64,000 bases of DNA from Eledone cirrhosa (taxonomy: Eukaryota): the NCBI GenBank assembly GCA_964016885.1, contig OZ024746.1:45880001-45944000 (forward strand), read 5' to 3'. Position numbers and translations under genes: made by a program. Numbering within the stretch: the stretch's first letter is position 1; each line of letters opens with the position of its first letter. Below the pieces are notes generated by a model. The model was not told where the DNA came from and did no database searches. It saw nothing but the letters and a program-made list of their open reading frames with translations. Below, in pieces: positions 12,248 through 26,285 of this stretch.

Positions 12248-13139
12248 AAAGAATGAAGAGTAACATGGTTGGCTGTCAGGTATTGACAATTGTTTCATTG
12301 ATCAGGTGAGTCTAGAGGTCGCTAATCGCTCGAAGTTGCGTCATATTACCTATAACGATAACTTGTTACTCCATATATATATATTTAATGCTGGAGTCAT
12401 GAAAAAACATCCAGTACACCTTGTTAGAAGGTTGGTATTAGGAAGAGCATCCATTATAGAAACCATGCCAAATATGGAACACATGAGCCAGTTGAGCTGC
12501 TTGGACCTGTCTGGTCTTGGATTATGACAACCTGTCCAGTTCATGCAAGAATTAAAGTGGACATTTAATTATGAAGATGATAATAATGATGATGAGGATG
12601 ACAATAATGATGATGATGAAAAATCTATATATTAGAGTTGAAGAATATGTTAGAGCAATATTCATGACATCTTAAGGGCATTATTATTCCAATTGAAGTG
12701 AATTCAAGATAAATAAGGTTAGAAACTGTGCTCTAGTTTCAACTTTTTATATTATCTCCATGAAACTATTATTAGCATATTATTATTGTTTCTATAAAAT
12801 TTGCTGTATATGCCTGTGAATACTTACAGACATTTCCACATGCTGCTCTTTAGGTGTCCTCAGAGAAAGCTATAAGGGATTTGCAGTGAATAAGCAGAAA
12901 AATTAGGAAATTGGCCTATCAAGAGAAAAGCTATTAGTTTTCGTTACTGTCATTGTACTATGACCTGGTTAAAACAACTTACCATAATTTTCAGTTCACT
13001 TAGCAAAACCTGAGAGTGAAAGATATGGTTGACAAGTTATAAATAAAATAAAAATAATATAATATAGCAAAACTTATTTCAATGATAATACTTAAGTGGA
13101 ATAGGAATAAAATAGAATAGCAAAACAGAATTATATAAA

Positions 13140-13292
13140 TTAATTGTTTCTACTTTTGGCACAAGGCCAGCAATTACCCAGTGCATTACTGGTACTTTAT
13201 TTTATCGACCCCGTAAGGATGAAAGGCAAAGTCAACCTCGGCGGGATTTGAACTCAGATCGTAAAGGGACGTAACTATGCTGGAAAGCATGG
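13140..13292 (-). mobile_element. 5'-truncated SINE family A
   Basis: Family A body; TSD ATTATATAAATTAAT at 13130-13144 and 13293-13307. Confidence 0.9.
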
Positions 13293-15271
13293 ATTATATA
13301 AATTAATGACAGCACTGCAGCATTGGGAGTAGAAATATACATTTCTGAGGGACAAAGATAGGTTAAAAGACCAACACTATTACTAGTTGACACACATATA
13401 TATATGTAACATTTTGTTTTGAGAATTGGTTTATTATTGAATTCTCTGTAGGGAAAATATATAATTTGTGTTTTAGAAAACGCTATATGATAGTGAAATA
13501 GGAGGGGTAAAAGTAAATAGACATTTAATGAATGAGAATTCATAGCGTAATTTATGTTTGAATGTATTCAAATCTCAGGTGAGAATATAAAATGTCTGGT
13601 GTAATTTGTAAAAAATTATAAGAGGAATATGTGATCAGAATATCATGATTGATTGAATGTTGCAAGATTTTAGCAAACATGATATGATATTATATACTCT
13701 CTTTACATGACTTCAAATTATCAGAAGGAATAATGAAGGGTTGCTCTAACTGTTAACACGAAAACACGCCAATTAAGATGATATAAATTAGTTAATTTAA
13801 TTAACAAACATATTGATTTCATTTTAGATTTTCAAGAGTTTACAATGGATGCAGTAAATTATTTTGATGTTAAACCCATTTCCCCTTTTATCATGCTCTA
13901 TTATTCTGAACATCAATTACTACATTCCTTTTATTTATTAGTACATGTACTAAGAACAATTGCATGTGTGATTAGTGCAAGCCACTTAAGAGGAATAAGT
14001 TGGGTATACTCCATTAGGAAATTATGTGAAAGGCAGAGCTGAAGGAGTTGTGAAGATGATTGTATGCTCTTTCTCCTCTGAATTAATCAGAGAAAGAGGG
14101 ATATCACCAGTAGCATATGGCATGTGCTGTTACAAGGTGTGCTTGTATGCTGAATTGACTATTCTGGCCTAACTATAAACATACACATTTTTGTCTATTT
14201 TTATTCACAGCATGACTTCTATTTAATTTAACTTGGTTTTTCAATGTCTTTTATTATATTTGAAAACAAATCATGACCATATTATATTATGATACAGTAT
14301 GGACAGAATTGATATTAAGAAAATTTCATTTCCTATTTTTAGAAGTATGAATGAATTGATAATTTAGCACACACAGAATGTATAGCAACTATAGCTTATA
14401 CAGGCCATTTGAGGAGGGCAAGGTTGATGCAGTTGATGTTGAGTTTGACATTTGTAATGACCAAATTTTGTTTTGATAGGAGATGGGTAGAAAGTACATT
14501 CCAAAGTTGTGGGGATGATGAATTGGCAACAATGTTTAGTATGGAGTCTAGTGGGACGAGATATAGAAGACTTAATGAGAGGAAGGAAAAAAAGATAGAT
14601 CAAGTAAATTTGGGTGGAAGTGGAACATAGTTAGTTTATTCAAAAGAGTAGGTACCATTGCAATAGTAATAGAAGAAACAGAAAACCAAATACACATGAT
14701 GATGGTAAGTTATTAGTTGGATGACTGTTTGGGAATTTGGTCTAGAATGTTTGAATGTGTAGCAATTGTACCTTCTCAATTGTACCTACTTTTGTACTAA
14801 GTATAATATTAGCAGTTTTAAGATTCTGCATTGACTATCAACATCATCTTCATTGCTGCTTAATATCTATTTTTCTATGCTAGAATGGGTTAGACAAGTT
14901 GTCCCATTGTGACAAAAGCCAGATCAGATGACAGTGCCTTGCTCATACAAGGCTGCTTTTGGCTTGGTTTCTGAAGCTGGATGCCTGTCTTAATGCCAAC
15001 CACATTTACTGGACTGAGATCTTTGGTGTTATGCAGTAATACAGAAGACCTGCCTTCCCATGAGCACAGGTTGAAGCATGCAGCTAGTATGCACCAACTT
15101 AACCTCCATCCCCCCTTCCATACATCTCCCACATCCTAATATTCCAACCCCTCAAACATGCCCCTATAACCACCTCTTAATCCCCACACACCTCCACCAC
15201 CAAAGTCCCCAGCACACTGGTGTTGTGTCTAAGGAGGTTGTGGGTTAATGATAGTGTTGGCCCATGCCCCA

Positions 15272-15317
<46 letters not shown>

Positions 15318-15596
15318 GGAGGCACATGGCTTAGTGGTTAGAGCATTGGCCTTGCAATCAAAAGGTTGTGAGTTCAATTCTCAGACCGGGTGATGTGTTG
15401 TTACTCAGCTGGGGTCCCTATCATTCCACTGCAAAGTGGTTATGGAGGTGCCACGGCAAAAAAGCACCCAGCACACACTGTGAATGAGGTTGGTGTTAGG
15501 AAGGGCATCCAGCTGTAGAAATCAAGTCAGAATCAGTTCCCGTCTCACCCTTGCAAGCAGGGAAAAGCGGACGTTAAGTGATGATGATGATGATGA
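15318..15596 (+). mobile_element. tRNA-headed SINE family B with RTE LINE-derived tail
   Basis: A box TGGCTTAGTGG and B box GAGTTCAATTC. The 3' end CCCTTGCAAGCAGGGAAAAGCGGACGT..(GAT)n matches the LINE tail at ~7020-7067. Sits inside (TA)n. Confidence 0.88.
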
Positions 15597-15855
15597 TATA
15601 TATATATATAATGTATATATATAATGTATATATATAATGTATATATATATATTATATATATATATATGGGTAAAAGGAAAAGAAAATTCTGACAAATTGT
15701 TCCCAGTGAAAAATAGTTTAATTAGGAATAAGCAAAAATTAGTAATAAGTATTGGTTAGTATTCAGTTTTAGTTTTAAGTTTTTACCGGTTGCGCATTTC
15801 TAATGCTTTTCAAAAATAATTTTGAGATAGAGCGCCCGTGATGTTTGCTCTAATC

Positions 15856-16171
15856 TATTTCTATACTACTATTTATTCATTTTTAAAAAAGTACTAACTT
15901 TTTATGGTTTGACTCAATTCAGTTTTACCAAGTTTTTAGTTATTCTTATGTTTGTTTAATTAATTTTCTTATAAATTCTGTTCTTTTGTTATTCTAATAA
16001 ACTTTCTTTACTTAGCATTTGTCTTTTATTTTGACTAAAAGAAGCCAAAACATTAGAAACCACGAGCATTATGTAACAATGTGATTTTAGAATTCACTTA
16101 TCCGGATATTTCACTTAACCGGATCTTTTTCTAACTGTTTGGTTTTGACCGTCCGAATAAGCGAAGATTCA

Positions 16172-16216
<45 letters not shown>

Positions 16217-16336
16217 TTGAGTCAAACCATAAAAAGTTAGTACTTTTTAAAAATGAATAAATAGTAGTATAGAAATAGCTGTCCGGTAAATCGAATTTCG
16301 GAAAAGCGGTATCCGGATAACCGAAGATGCACTGTA
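15856..16336. mobile_element. Two oppositely oriented fragments of a pogo/Tc1-like MITE separated by (TA)n
   Basis: 15856-15921 is the reverse complement of 16213-16278. TIR-like ends CGAAGAT(T/G)CACTG-TA occur at ~16175 and ~16336. Confidence 0.65.
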
Positions 16337-16552
16337 TATATATTAATCTCAGAACAGAATTATTTTCTTTTTGCAAAAATCGCCAAAATTCTACGTTCAG
16401 AACTATTTTTAATTTATAATATCCCTATAAACCTTCAAAATGATCCTACTTTTTAAAAAATTTAAATGTAAAATTTTTTAATATTTTTAATATTTTTAAT
16501 ATGTTTAAATATTTTTTAATATATATAATATTTTTAATATATATATTTAATA

Positions 16553-16650
16553 GGTTGACTTTGCCTTTCATCCTTACGGGGTCGATAAAATAAAGTACCA
16601 GTAATGCACTGGGTAATTGTTGGCCTTGTGCTTAAAGTAGAAACAATTAA
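16553..16650 (+). mobile_element. 3' fragment of SINE family A
   Basis: GGTTGACTTTGCCTTTCATCCTTACGGGGTCGATAAAATAAAGTACCAG...GAAACAATTA. Confidence 0.85.
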
Positions 16651-17443
16651 TATATATATAGAGATATTTATATACATATAACCTATCCTAATGTAATAAG
16701 ATAAAAATACTTACAACCATAATTCTTCATATAATCTAATTGATTATATATACAATATTATAACTAATAATATAGGTAAATAAATCTTTTCCCCAAAATT
16801 AACGTAAATGCTAGCCCTTCTTCCTTTCTCTTCTTTACAATAACTTATCATAATTATTAAAATTTTCCATAGCGTGTAAAATATCGTTTTGTTCAGCCCT
16901 TTTACATGAACCACATTTTCATACTCATCTTAATAATTTGAAATATTTGAAATATCCAGGGATAACTTGAACCGTTAAGGTATATTATCCTTGGTTATGT
17001 CAAAATTTATAAAACTCACTTCGTATTTTATCTGATGATAGCGTACCAACATTTTTGGTACCCTTGAAATATATATAATAGAATAAATATGGTTTTATAA
17101 ATATAGTTTCCATTTATTTAATATCATTAAATATATATATATATAACAAATTTACCATGCCCAATATATATTTGTTTCCTTTATATTTCATTATATTGTT
17201 ATAACAGTGGTATTATTTGATTACTGTATTGAAATAATTGTAAGACATTAAATGATTTAAGAAATCTTTTCTATTATCTGAAATTGTTGTATATGCTCTT
17301 TGGTTAATGACTTCTTTTCTACATTTCTATTTATAATGACATAAACACATTGAGCTTAAATATATTATTGGCTGGAAATATTTTAATTCTCTTTGGTTAA
17401 CTCTATACATGTATATATGCATACAGTTACTCTCTATTTGTGG

Positions 17444-17498
<55 letters not shown>

Positions 17499-18221
17499 TG
17501 AGCGCTTGTCTGCACAATATGGAAGTTGCGTTTCGCTAATTTCTACCCGCCGAAATGCGATTCTCGCTAAATATATTTGTATATATATATATATTTTATA
17601 TATGTGTGTGTGTGTGTGTATTATATATATCTAAAAATGGAAGGCAGATTATATGATGCTTGTAGCAATACTAATAGGTCTTTGTCACAATTCATCATTA
17701 CCAATCAGAATATACTAATTGCATTGATGGTTTAAAACAGTGAGGAATATCCTCTAAATATTCTGGCAAAATACTATCAGCAAAATTTCAGTAATTCTTA
17801 AAACAACATTCAGTTAATTTAATCAATGGAACTATAAATGAGATAAGTAGAAAATGTGAATTATTCTTTCTGCTTTTTGTTCTAGAAACATGTCGCCTGG
17901 TCTGATATATGAAACGGAATGAAGAGAAAAGAAGCCGATTTTCATGATTGCACAAAAGAAATAATGTTTCTATTGATCTTTTATTGCTAATGCTATCTCT
18001 CAGTTGCAAATCCTAGCAGAAGTATCTCTGCTTTCCTAGTGAAAAGAGGTGCAATTTGAACACACAGAGCTGGAACAGATATTTGTTCAATACTTTAAAA
18101 ATATCAGTCCTCGGGCTGATACTTTAATTGTCAACCCTGAAAAGATGAAAAGCTAAGTTGACCTTAGCAGGATTTGGCCTCATAGTGCAGAGACCTGAAA
18201 CAGATACTGAAAAGCATTCTA

Positions 18222-18397
18222 CGAGGGTCAACTAAAAAGTTCATAGGCTGATTGTGAAGGATTGATGCTAGAACTGTGAAATCTTGTATGCATTAATTTC
18301 AACTCTTTTTATTAATAAATGCATTGTTTCTTTCCAGCAATTATGTTGAAAAATAAACCTCATTTGGTCATTCTATGAACTTTTCAGCCGACCCTTG
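18222..18397. mobile_element. Mariner-type MITE
   Basis: TA-CGAGGGTCAACTAAAAAGTTCATAG ... CTATGAACTTTTCAGCCGACCCTTG-TA forms TIRs with a TA TSD. A second copy is at 31311-31507. Confidence 0.85.
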
Positions 18398-18769
18398 TAT
18401 TAAACATTTCTGCTATTTCACAGCCAAAGAAGGGATGAATTCAACTATAAATGGAAACAATTAAAGAAAATGCAGAAATAAAACTTGCATATATAGAAAG
18501 TACACTAATAATCAAGTTAAGACTTTTGATGCACCACAGTCCATCTTACGACTTGCTTTTAAAGATGTTTAATAATTCTAATACTACAATGAAACTATTG
18601 CCTTTAAAGAAGATGTCCAAAGATATAATAATTTATTTTGGTTGTTATAGATGAATTAGAAAGAAAGGTCTATCATTTTATTGTAACCTGTAAAACTAAT
18701 TATGCAGACTTACATTGGATCTAATCTTTCTAATCTGGTTGAATTTACACTTGCAAATAAGAAGAACCA

Positions 18770-19083
18770 GGGCTGCCCCTAGGAGCAGGGGTCACTGCTT
18801 CTCCTGAAGGTCAATAGTTCTCTCCTAACTCGAGCAGGAGCACCTTTCCATTGTCAATTTGCATTGATTATCTGCAAAGCCGCATTGTTCTCAAAACCAC
18901 TTCACCAGTCTTTCGATGCTTGCAGCTGGAACTACTGACACCCATTGATTTGGTAAGATCGCAACTCATTTCTACTGCTGAGTAAACTGGAGTAACGTGA
19001 AACAAAGTGTCTTGCACAACACATCACCCGGTCTGAGAATTGAACTCACATCCTTTCGATTGCAAGCCCAATGCCATGCGCCT
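18770..19083 (-). mobile_element. SINE with family B head and a different 3' body
   Basis: 18970-19083 matches the reverse complement of the family B head (CTGAGTAAACTGGAG...ACCCGGTCTGAGAATTGAACTCAC). The left boundary is uncertain. Confidence 0.65.
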
Positions 19084-20484
19084 TACATTGGAGCACATGG
19101 ATGATATGAAAAATATAGCCCTTTTCATACCAAATCACCTGATAGTGCCTCTAGTTCTATGATATAAAGCTATTTATTTTAAAGTATCTATATTCATTTA
19201 AAAATCTTCTATCAGTTTAGTTTTATATTACTAAATTCTTCCAAAATCATGATCATTTTCAAAATTATTTTTAAATCATAGGCAGTGACGTTCATTAGAA
19301 ATATAGTAATGAAAGAGTTAATGACATAAAATTTAATAGATTACCTTCACCACATAAGTTGTAAATAAGATTTACATTTCATTAGAAAAAGAATTAGTTT
19401 TATAATTGTATTTAGCTAAGTAACATGTATGATATATTAACTTCAAATATATGAAAATAAATTAAATAAGTGAAACCAATATTCTTAGTTTTGCTATTTA
19501 ATCAGGGATGTAAGGATAGCAGCTATGACCCCTTTTTCAAGACAGGAAGAAAGAAGGGAAGAATTTATTCTGGCCCATGTGCTTGCTACAGAGAAAACTG
19601 TACTAAAAGCACTCAAAAACCAGGTGTTGGTGCTAAACTGGGCAATGGATGAAATCACCCATGAACATGGAATGCAAAGAGGCCAGAACAAATAACACAA
19701 GGTATGCACTAGCAATTCTGTCAATCCACAACATTGAACTAGCGCTTTATTTATTGACTCCAAAAAGATGAAAACAAAGTCGCCCTTAGTGGATTTTGTA
19801 CATGAGTCAGAAAGAAATGCAACAAAAACTTAAAACACTTTTTTCCTATGCTCTAACAGCACTACCAATATGTCACCTATAAAAGATTTCTCTTAATGAA
19901 AAATTGTGGTGCCTAATAATCATTGTTTAATGCCATAGTTTACTTGTGGTGCTGTCATCATCATTTAATGTCCTATTTGCCTGCTAGCAAGAGTTGGACA
20001 AGTTATCTGTAGACCAGGTCAATATTCAAGCAGAGGAACTGACTCCATTTATGGGCTGGGAACCAGCATCTCACTTACATACATTACTGAATTCTACTGA
20101 GTGCTCAGATGGGCCAGCAATCTGCAACTTTCTTACATACGATCCAACACATTATCAAGTGCATGTTATCATGACACCAACACTAGGGAGGTTGTCCCAT
20201 CCTCAACATAGCTGAAGTGTCTTTCCTTGATGCCTTTCCTCTTACCAACTTCATAGAGTGTACTGGGTGCATTTATTATGTCAGTCACCAACACTAGTGA
20301 GGTTGTCATGCACTTGACAAAACCGAAGATACCTCTTGACCTTTTTTTGGCATAGTTTCTACAATGGATGCGTAATGCAGAAAAATAACAAAGTAATTAA
20401 ATTAGTGAACAGCTGACCCCAAATTCATGTGACATATATAAATACTGTTAGTCAAAGCATATTTCTCCATTTTTTTTGTCAAGG

Positions 20485-20745
20485 TGCCTGGCCTTATGGT
20501 TAGGGTATTTGGCTTACAATCAAAAGCAGCATGTTGTGTCTTTGAGCAAATCACTTTATTTCTTGTTGTTCCCGTCCATTCAGCTGAAAGAAAATGAGAT
20601 GTACCTGTAAATTAAAGTGCCAGCCTTGTCACACACCAGTCATGTTGAATCTCTCTGAGAATTACTTTAAATATTCTTGCAGAATGCATAGTCACTTGCA
20701 CATTAATTTCATGAGCAGGTTATTCTCTTGCTTGAGCTGCAAGAC
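20485..20745 (+). mobile_element. Old tRNA-headed SINE
   Basis: GGTGCCTGGCCTTATGGTTAGGGTATTTGGCTTACAATC head followed by GTGTCTTTGAGCAA..CACTTTATTTC, which is shared with 37309-37420. Confidence 0.55.
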
Positions 20746-21541
20746 GACCTATACACATATTTCTTCATTTTGGCTTAGACAAAATATATGAAAATAAACT
20801 TTTGTACCTCTCCTTATTCAAGCAATTATTATTTATAGAAAGATCCTGGCTGTAAAATATGTTTCATTAATTTTCAAATCCGTTAGCATTCATGTGAAAA
20901 GAAAATCTGAATACTAAATAAAAGAAATAAAGCTGTAGCATTTATTTGAACTATCCACTCATAATCCAACCAATCATTCAACTATAACTATCTGCCACTT
21001 GAATTATACCTAACTGCTATAAGAATTTTCTATTGAATTTTCTATTTCAGACACTGGAAATATTCAATCAGCTGACAGGTTTGTAGATATGAACAAAAGA
21101 AGTAATATAGAAATATAGGTTCAGATCATTGATGTTGTAACCCACTGGCTGTCAATCTAATTTAGAACTTAGCTAAGACCTTTTGCTAAGGTGAAGTAAT
21201 CACGAAAGAAAATGGAATTAGTTACAAATTCTGTGACAATGTCTAATCAATAATGGCAGTAAGTATTAGGTATTTTGCAAAGCTGCTGAGATAATTAGCA
21301 ATTATCTCAATCAGTTGAGACAATAAATTTAACAAGATTAACTAATAACAATCACAACTTTATATATTAACCATTGTTTCATTTTAATACCTTAGAGAAT
21401 ACATGAAGCGCTATATACTTTAACTTTTTTATGGCCATACTTCTAATGAAAATACTCTGTGTTTCAATTAATTTGTGGAACACTCAAGGTTTTAGAGAAA
21501 TTTAGTAAAGTTACTACATTTTTCATTATTATATATCTTAT

Positions 21542-21757
21542 GGCAGTGGATTGGCAGTATTGGTAGGGCGCCAGACAACATGCTGTGTAGCATAGAGTTA
21601 TGGCCCTTTACGTTCTAAGTTCAAATCCCGTCGAGGTTAGCTTTGTCTTTCATCTTTATGGGGTCAATAAATAAAGCACCAGTAATGCACTGGGGTCGAT
21701 TTATTTGACTTTCCCCTCCCCAAAATTGCTGGCCTTGTGCTTGTAGTAGAAATTATT
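21542..21757 (+). mobile_element. Full-length SINE family A (longer variant)
   Basis: A and B boxes plus family A body; imperfect TSD ATTATTAT..ATATCT.A on both sides. Confidence 0.85.
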
Positions 21758-22872
21758 ATCATATATCTAACCAATAGGTTCTTACATAAAATTATGATAG
21801 AATATTTTAATGTAATCTTTTTAATACCAACCTGCTGGAAACCACCTTTGTTTATTTTGAAATGTTTATATTTATCTAAGAATTTTCCACCATAATTTTG
21901 TTATGTTCCAAGCAATAGCTTTATTATGAGAAAGTTATTTATATTACTAAATCAATTCAAATTCTTGATTATTTTCGAAATTAATTAGAAAGCATAAAGA
22001 AATGTCTTACATAAAAAATATGGTAATTAAGGGCTAAATTTTCATTAGAAGATATTCTGATTATTTTCTGATTATTTTTACGTACACACACATGTATCAT
22101 ACACGTAAATTAATGCAAAAGACCTTCCGATAGGATCTTACTGAGAAAAAAAGCCTAATAGCATATATATTACATTGGGTTGCTAGGAAAATCAATACTT
22201 CCTTCTCAGATGTGGATAAACTTCTGTCTGTGCTAAACTACAGCATTGCAGTATGTTATGGTAACTGCACTTTATCATACTGAAAAGGACTGCAATTTGT
22301 AATGAAAGCTACCAAACATAAGTATTATTTGTATACCACATCTGTCCATGGCTATGACATTTTGCACAAGGACATGACTGAATCATATAAAAAAAATATG
22401 TATATATGTAGAAATAGGAAGCATTGATGTTGATTGACAAATATACAAATCTAAATGTAGTGCTGATAGAAACACTAAAATGAGGATGATATTATGGAGA
22501 GCTCAAACTACTCTAGCATTATTTCAGATAGAGGCTGATGTACTGAATAATGCACACTAAATCTTCTTGTGTAATTGAAATTTGCTTCATAGCTGGAAAA
22601 ATAAAATTAAATGAAAACCTAGTGGCAGTTGTTAGTGAGTCACAATTGAAAAGAAGAGCTTCAAGAAATTAAGAATTAATTTTACAAAAAATTATTAATC
22701 TTAATACTTAGGGAGAAAATTTATCTTCAGTAGCTATTAAGGTGACAGTTACAGAAATGGTTCAGTCTTATTAGTCCTATTAGTCTATAGTCAATCTAAA
22801 CAAATCATACTTTAGCAATGATTATGAACCATGTAAATAGGTAAGTGTCATACTCAATAACTGGTGTGACTG

Positions 22873-23265
22873 CATCACTGTCAACTGCTACAAAAGCAAA
22901 ATATTTACAGAGCCATCAAATTGCTGAATAAGATTATGAAAGCTATGGAAATTGTCATTGCAACATTGATCATAAGCAGTATAAAAGTAAATGGGATGCT
23001 GTTCAGATTTGTGCCAGAAAGAAGCACTATTGATGTCATCTTTCTAATGAGATGACTACAGAAGTTTATAGCTGGGACTTAGGAATTAGCCCTTATACTT
23101 AGCATTTATGAACCTGAAGAATGCCTTTGACACAATCCAATACCATATGATCTGGTGGGTGCTAAGGAGGCTAGTGGTTGATGAATGGCTATTAAGGACT
23201 GTAAAAGTCATATACAGAGGTGTTGTCAGCAAGGTGACAGAAATTATTATGCAGGTAGGTATTTA
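22873..23265 (+). pseudogene. Highly decayed RTE RT fragment
   Basis: NCYKSK; FRFVPERSTIDVIFLMR; AFMNLKNAFD; IWWVLRRLVVDEWL. Confidence 0.8.
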
Positions 23266-23682
23266 TCTAGTTATGTAACCCCATCACTCCGTCTTCTCCA
23301 CAACACTCATAAACATATAGCCCCCTTTTATGCTCAGTACTGATTACATTTCCTTAGAACAAGGTGCACCCCCACTCTATAAAACTTGAACACTCCTTAA
23401 ATATGACATTCAAATAGTAATAAAACAGGGTAGAGAGGATTTTTCAGTGATGTCAAAGGCATGAAAACTACACTGGTGCTGATGCCATCATAAAATACAC
23501 ACCGTACACTGCACAAGGTAGTTGGTGATAGGAAAAGCAACAAATTGTAGGATTTATGCCAAATCATTTTAGTATGAGCCAGACATGGTCATCTGACCTG
23601 GCCTATCTCACAAAGAAGCAACTCATCTAGCGTGGAAAATGGACATTAAATGGTGATGATGTTGATGATATATACATATATT

Positions 23683-23716
<34 letters not shown>

Positions 23717-26253
23717 GAGGAATATATATATAAATTTGGTTCTGCTTGATTAACTAGTCTGATGAGTAGATCAGGCTGGAGTTGGGTTTATATCATTTAC
23801 ATAGATCCTGAGCCACCCATCGTAACTGTGTATAATCAATAACGAACTTAATGTGAAACCTCGCTTTGTTTTTAATATATATGTGTGTGTGTGTTTCAAT
23901 TCATTTCATTAATCTATTATTTCTCCACTTTGCTCCACACCATTGACATCAAACAAAAAAAGTATGCCAAGTTTCAGAAATTTCTCTTTAGTATTTTCAA
24001 CCAGAGCAACAATTATTATTGATTAATTGTTATTACAGTTTTTAAGTAGAATACTCAATGATGGCATGAATTTAATAGCACTATTTGCATTTAAAATACT
24101 AACGATATATCACAATACATCATCTGTTACCTCCCTACAATCTACACATATTCTTATTCCACCACCACTTTCCATGAAGCCAATTATAATACACTGCATA
24201 GACAACAACCTTATTCCCAAAGCAAACAGCTTTATTTCCAAAGAATTAAATCTTTAGTGTCAATATAACTACAATGTCTGTTAATAATTATTGATAGTAG
24301 TTTATTGGTAAATAGCAAATCAGTTAACTCTTAATACATTTATAGGACATTCTTGTAAAGTACAAAATGGCACAAAAAAAAACAAACTATTTTCTTTAGT
24401 TTCCTGCAAATTTTCACAACAATCTGTCCTCTAGTAAAGATAATCTAAGCATTTGAATTAACAAACTTGTTTTTAGATATTTTCTATTAAATCATGAAAT
24501 GATGTTAAGAGTTAAAAGACAAAAACAACTCAGAACCCCCTCAAACCCCACTCAAAATAAAGTTACACAAACTCTCTTCATTTTAGATGTAAAATGCTGA
24601 TACTAATTTATCCACCTTCTGGAATTACCCTTCTTTCAGCCAGGTCTAAACTTTTAGAGCTGTCAATATTAATGTTGAAAGATAAGTCAGATGAGATTGT
24701 AAAGGAGTGAAAGTGGGTTGATGTACACTATGTATAAGAGATTAGATGGAGAGCCTTAGCCAGACTCATTACAAGTGAAGAAACATTTTCTCTATTGTGC
24801 TACTGAAAATTAAGTCATTGTTGAGGGGATATGTGATTTGAAATGATAACAATGCACTTGCTCTCAATGATGCTGAAAAAAATTGTTTGCAAGTGGCATT
24901 ATTATAGATTGTTGAACGAGAAAAGGCATGGCAAAGAGAGAAGGGTTACCGCAAGTAAACCCAAAAGAGAAACTAGCCAGCCTTGTTAGCAGTAATACAG
25001 TAGTAATTAAGGATATGAAGGCAGTTAGGCTATTAGGTCTCTGAAATGCTGAAAATATTTGGCATGGCAAGCCTGGTTTGATTTGATTCCTTGGTCCACT
25101 CTACTCGTAAACAAATGAGATCTGTGAACCTGTCAATTGATTAAATCAATTGAGATATGTTTTGTTTTTATCAAAATTATTTACATAGTTTCTTTTACAA
25201 AAACAAACCCCAGAAGAGTGAGTTTGTAAAAACAACAGGGTGTCAAATTAAAGGCATGAGAGTCTTTATTCTTGGCCTTCTTGTCCCTGAGCTCAAAACT
25301 CATCAAGATCAACTTTCTTGTACTTTCCTTAAACGTCAGTACATAACTATAATGATGATGATGATGATCATCATCATCATCATGCATCTTATTTTCAAGC
25401 TGACATAGTTTTGATAGGCCGTCAAATTCCAAGTCAGTCCTTATTTAAAGTTACTATTGGAAGCATTAGGGCAATTAACAGAATACTTGGTACTGTTTGT
25501 TCTGGCTCTCTGCACCCTGAATTTAATTTCTGTCAAGACCTACTGTATTTTCATCCTGTAAGGATTAATAAAATAAAGTACCAGTCAAGGGAAGGGGATT
25601 GGCAGGATTGTTCAAGCATTGGGAAAAGTGCTTGATGTTATTTGTTCCAACTCTTTGCATTCTGAGTTCAAATTCTGTTATAGTTTACTTGGTTGGTGGA
25701 CATAATCCATCATTAGGTTTAACACCAGCTCCTGACTCATGGGTTTCTTTAGTGAAGTCCCCTTTGTTGCAAGCATTTGGGCTATGTCTTCAGTATGAGG
25801 ATATTCACCTTCCTCCCTCTCACCATTCTTGCATGCCCTGAAAAGGGTCATGGCCACTGACCTTCTCTCCCTTACTAAGCAGTAGACTACAGCAAATGTT
25901 CAGTGTGAGTATTGGCTGTATTAATCTCATCAATTTCAGAGGACTTATCAAGGTCATGGGTACTGCTTTTCTCCCCTGAATAATTTACTAAAGTAAAAAA
26001 TATCTATACTATTTTCTTCTGTGAAAATTAGCTTTGGTTTTAGTCAAAAGTAATCAATATTTTCTTTCACCATGAAGAAATCATATGTATTTTATGCTCT
26101 CTTTCTTTAACCAAAAAGAAAGTACAATAGGAATTACCAAAAGGAAGTATTTACAGGAAATTGAAAATGGTCCGATTTCTTTGGATTTGAGATCTCCTAC
26201 AAATTTTTCAAAGATATCAATGACAATGAATGTCTTTTAACAGAAGAATGAAA

Positions 26254-26285
<32 letters not shown>

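Noticed and set aside
15318-15390. tRNA gene
   Set aside because: The A/B boxes continue into a SINE body and tail, so it is a SINE head. The same applies at 37309 and 20485.
21051-21078. 28-nt AG..GT-flanked candidate exon
   Set aside because: The donor is weak and there is no recognisable peptide or supporting neighbouring exon.
23751-23845. CTGATGAG hammerhead-like start in a TA-flanked segment
   Set aside because: GAAA is not intact (CGTAAC) and stem I does not pair adjacent to the core. At best it is a heavily decayed relative.
22440-25090. Possible hAT (22440-22850) and pogo (24700-25090) transposase relics
   Set aside because: Resemblance is too faint to support without a profile search.
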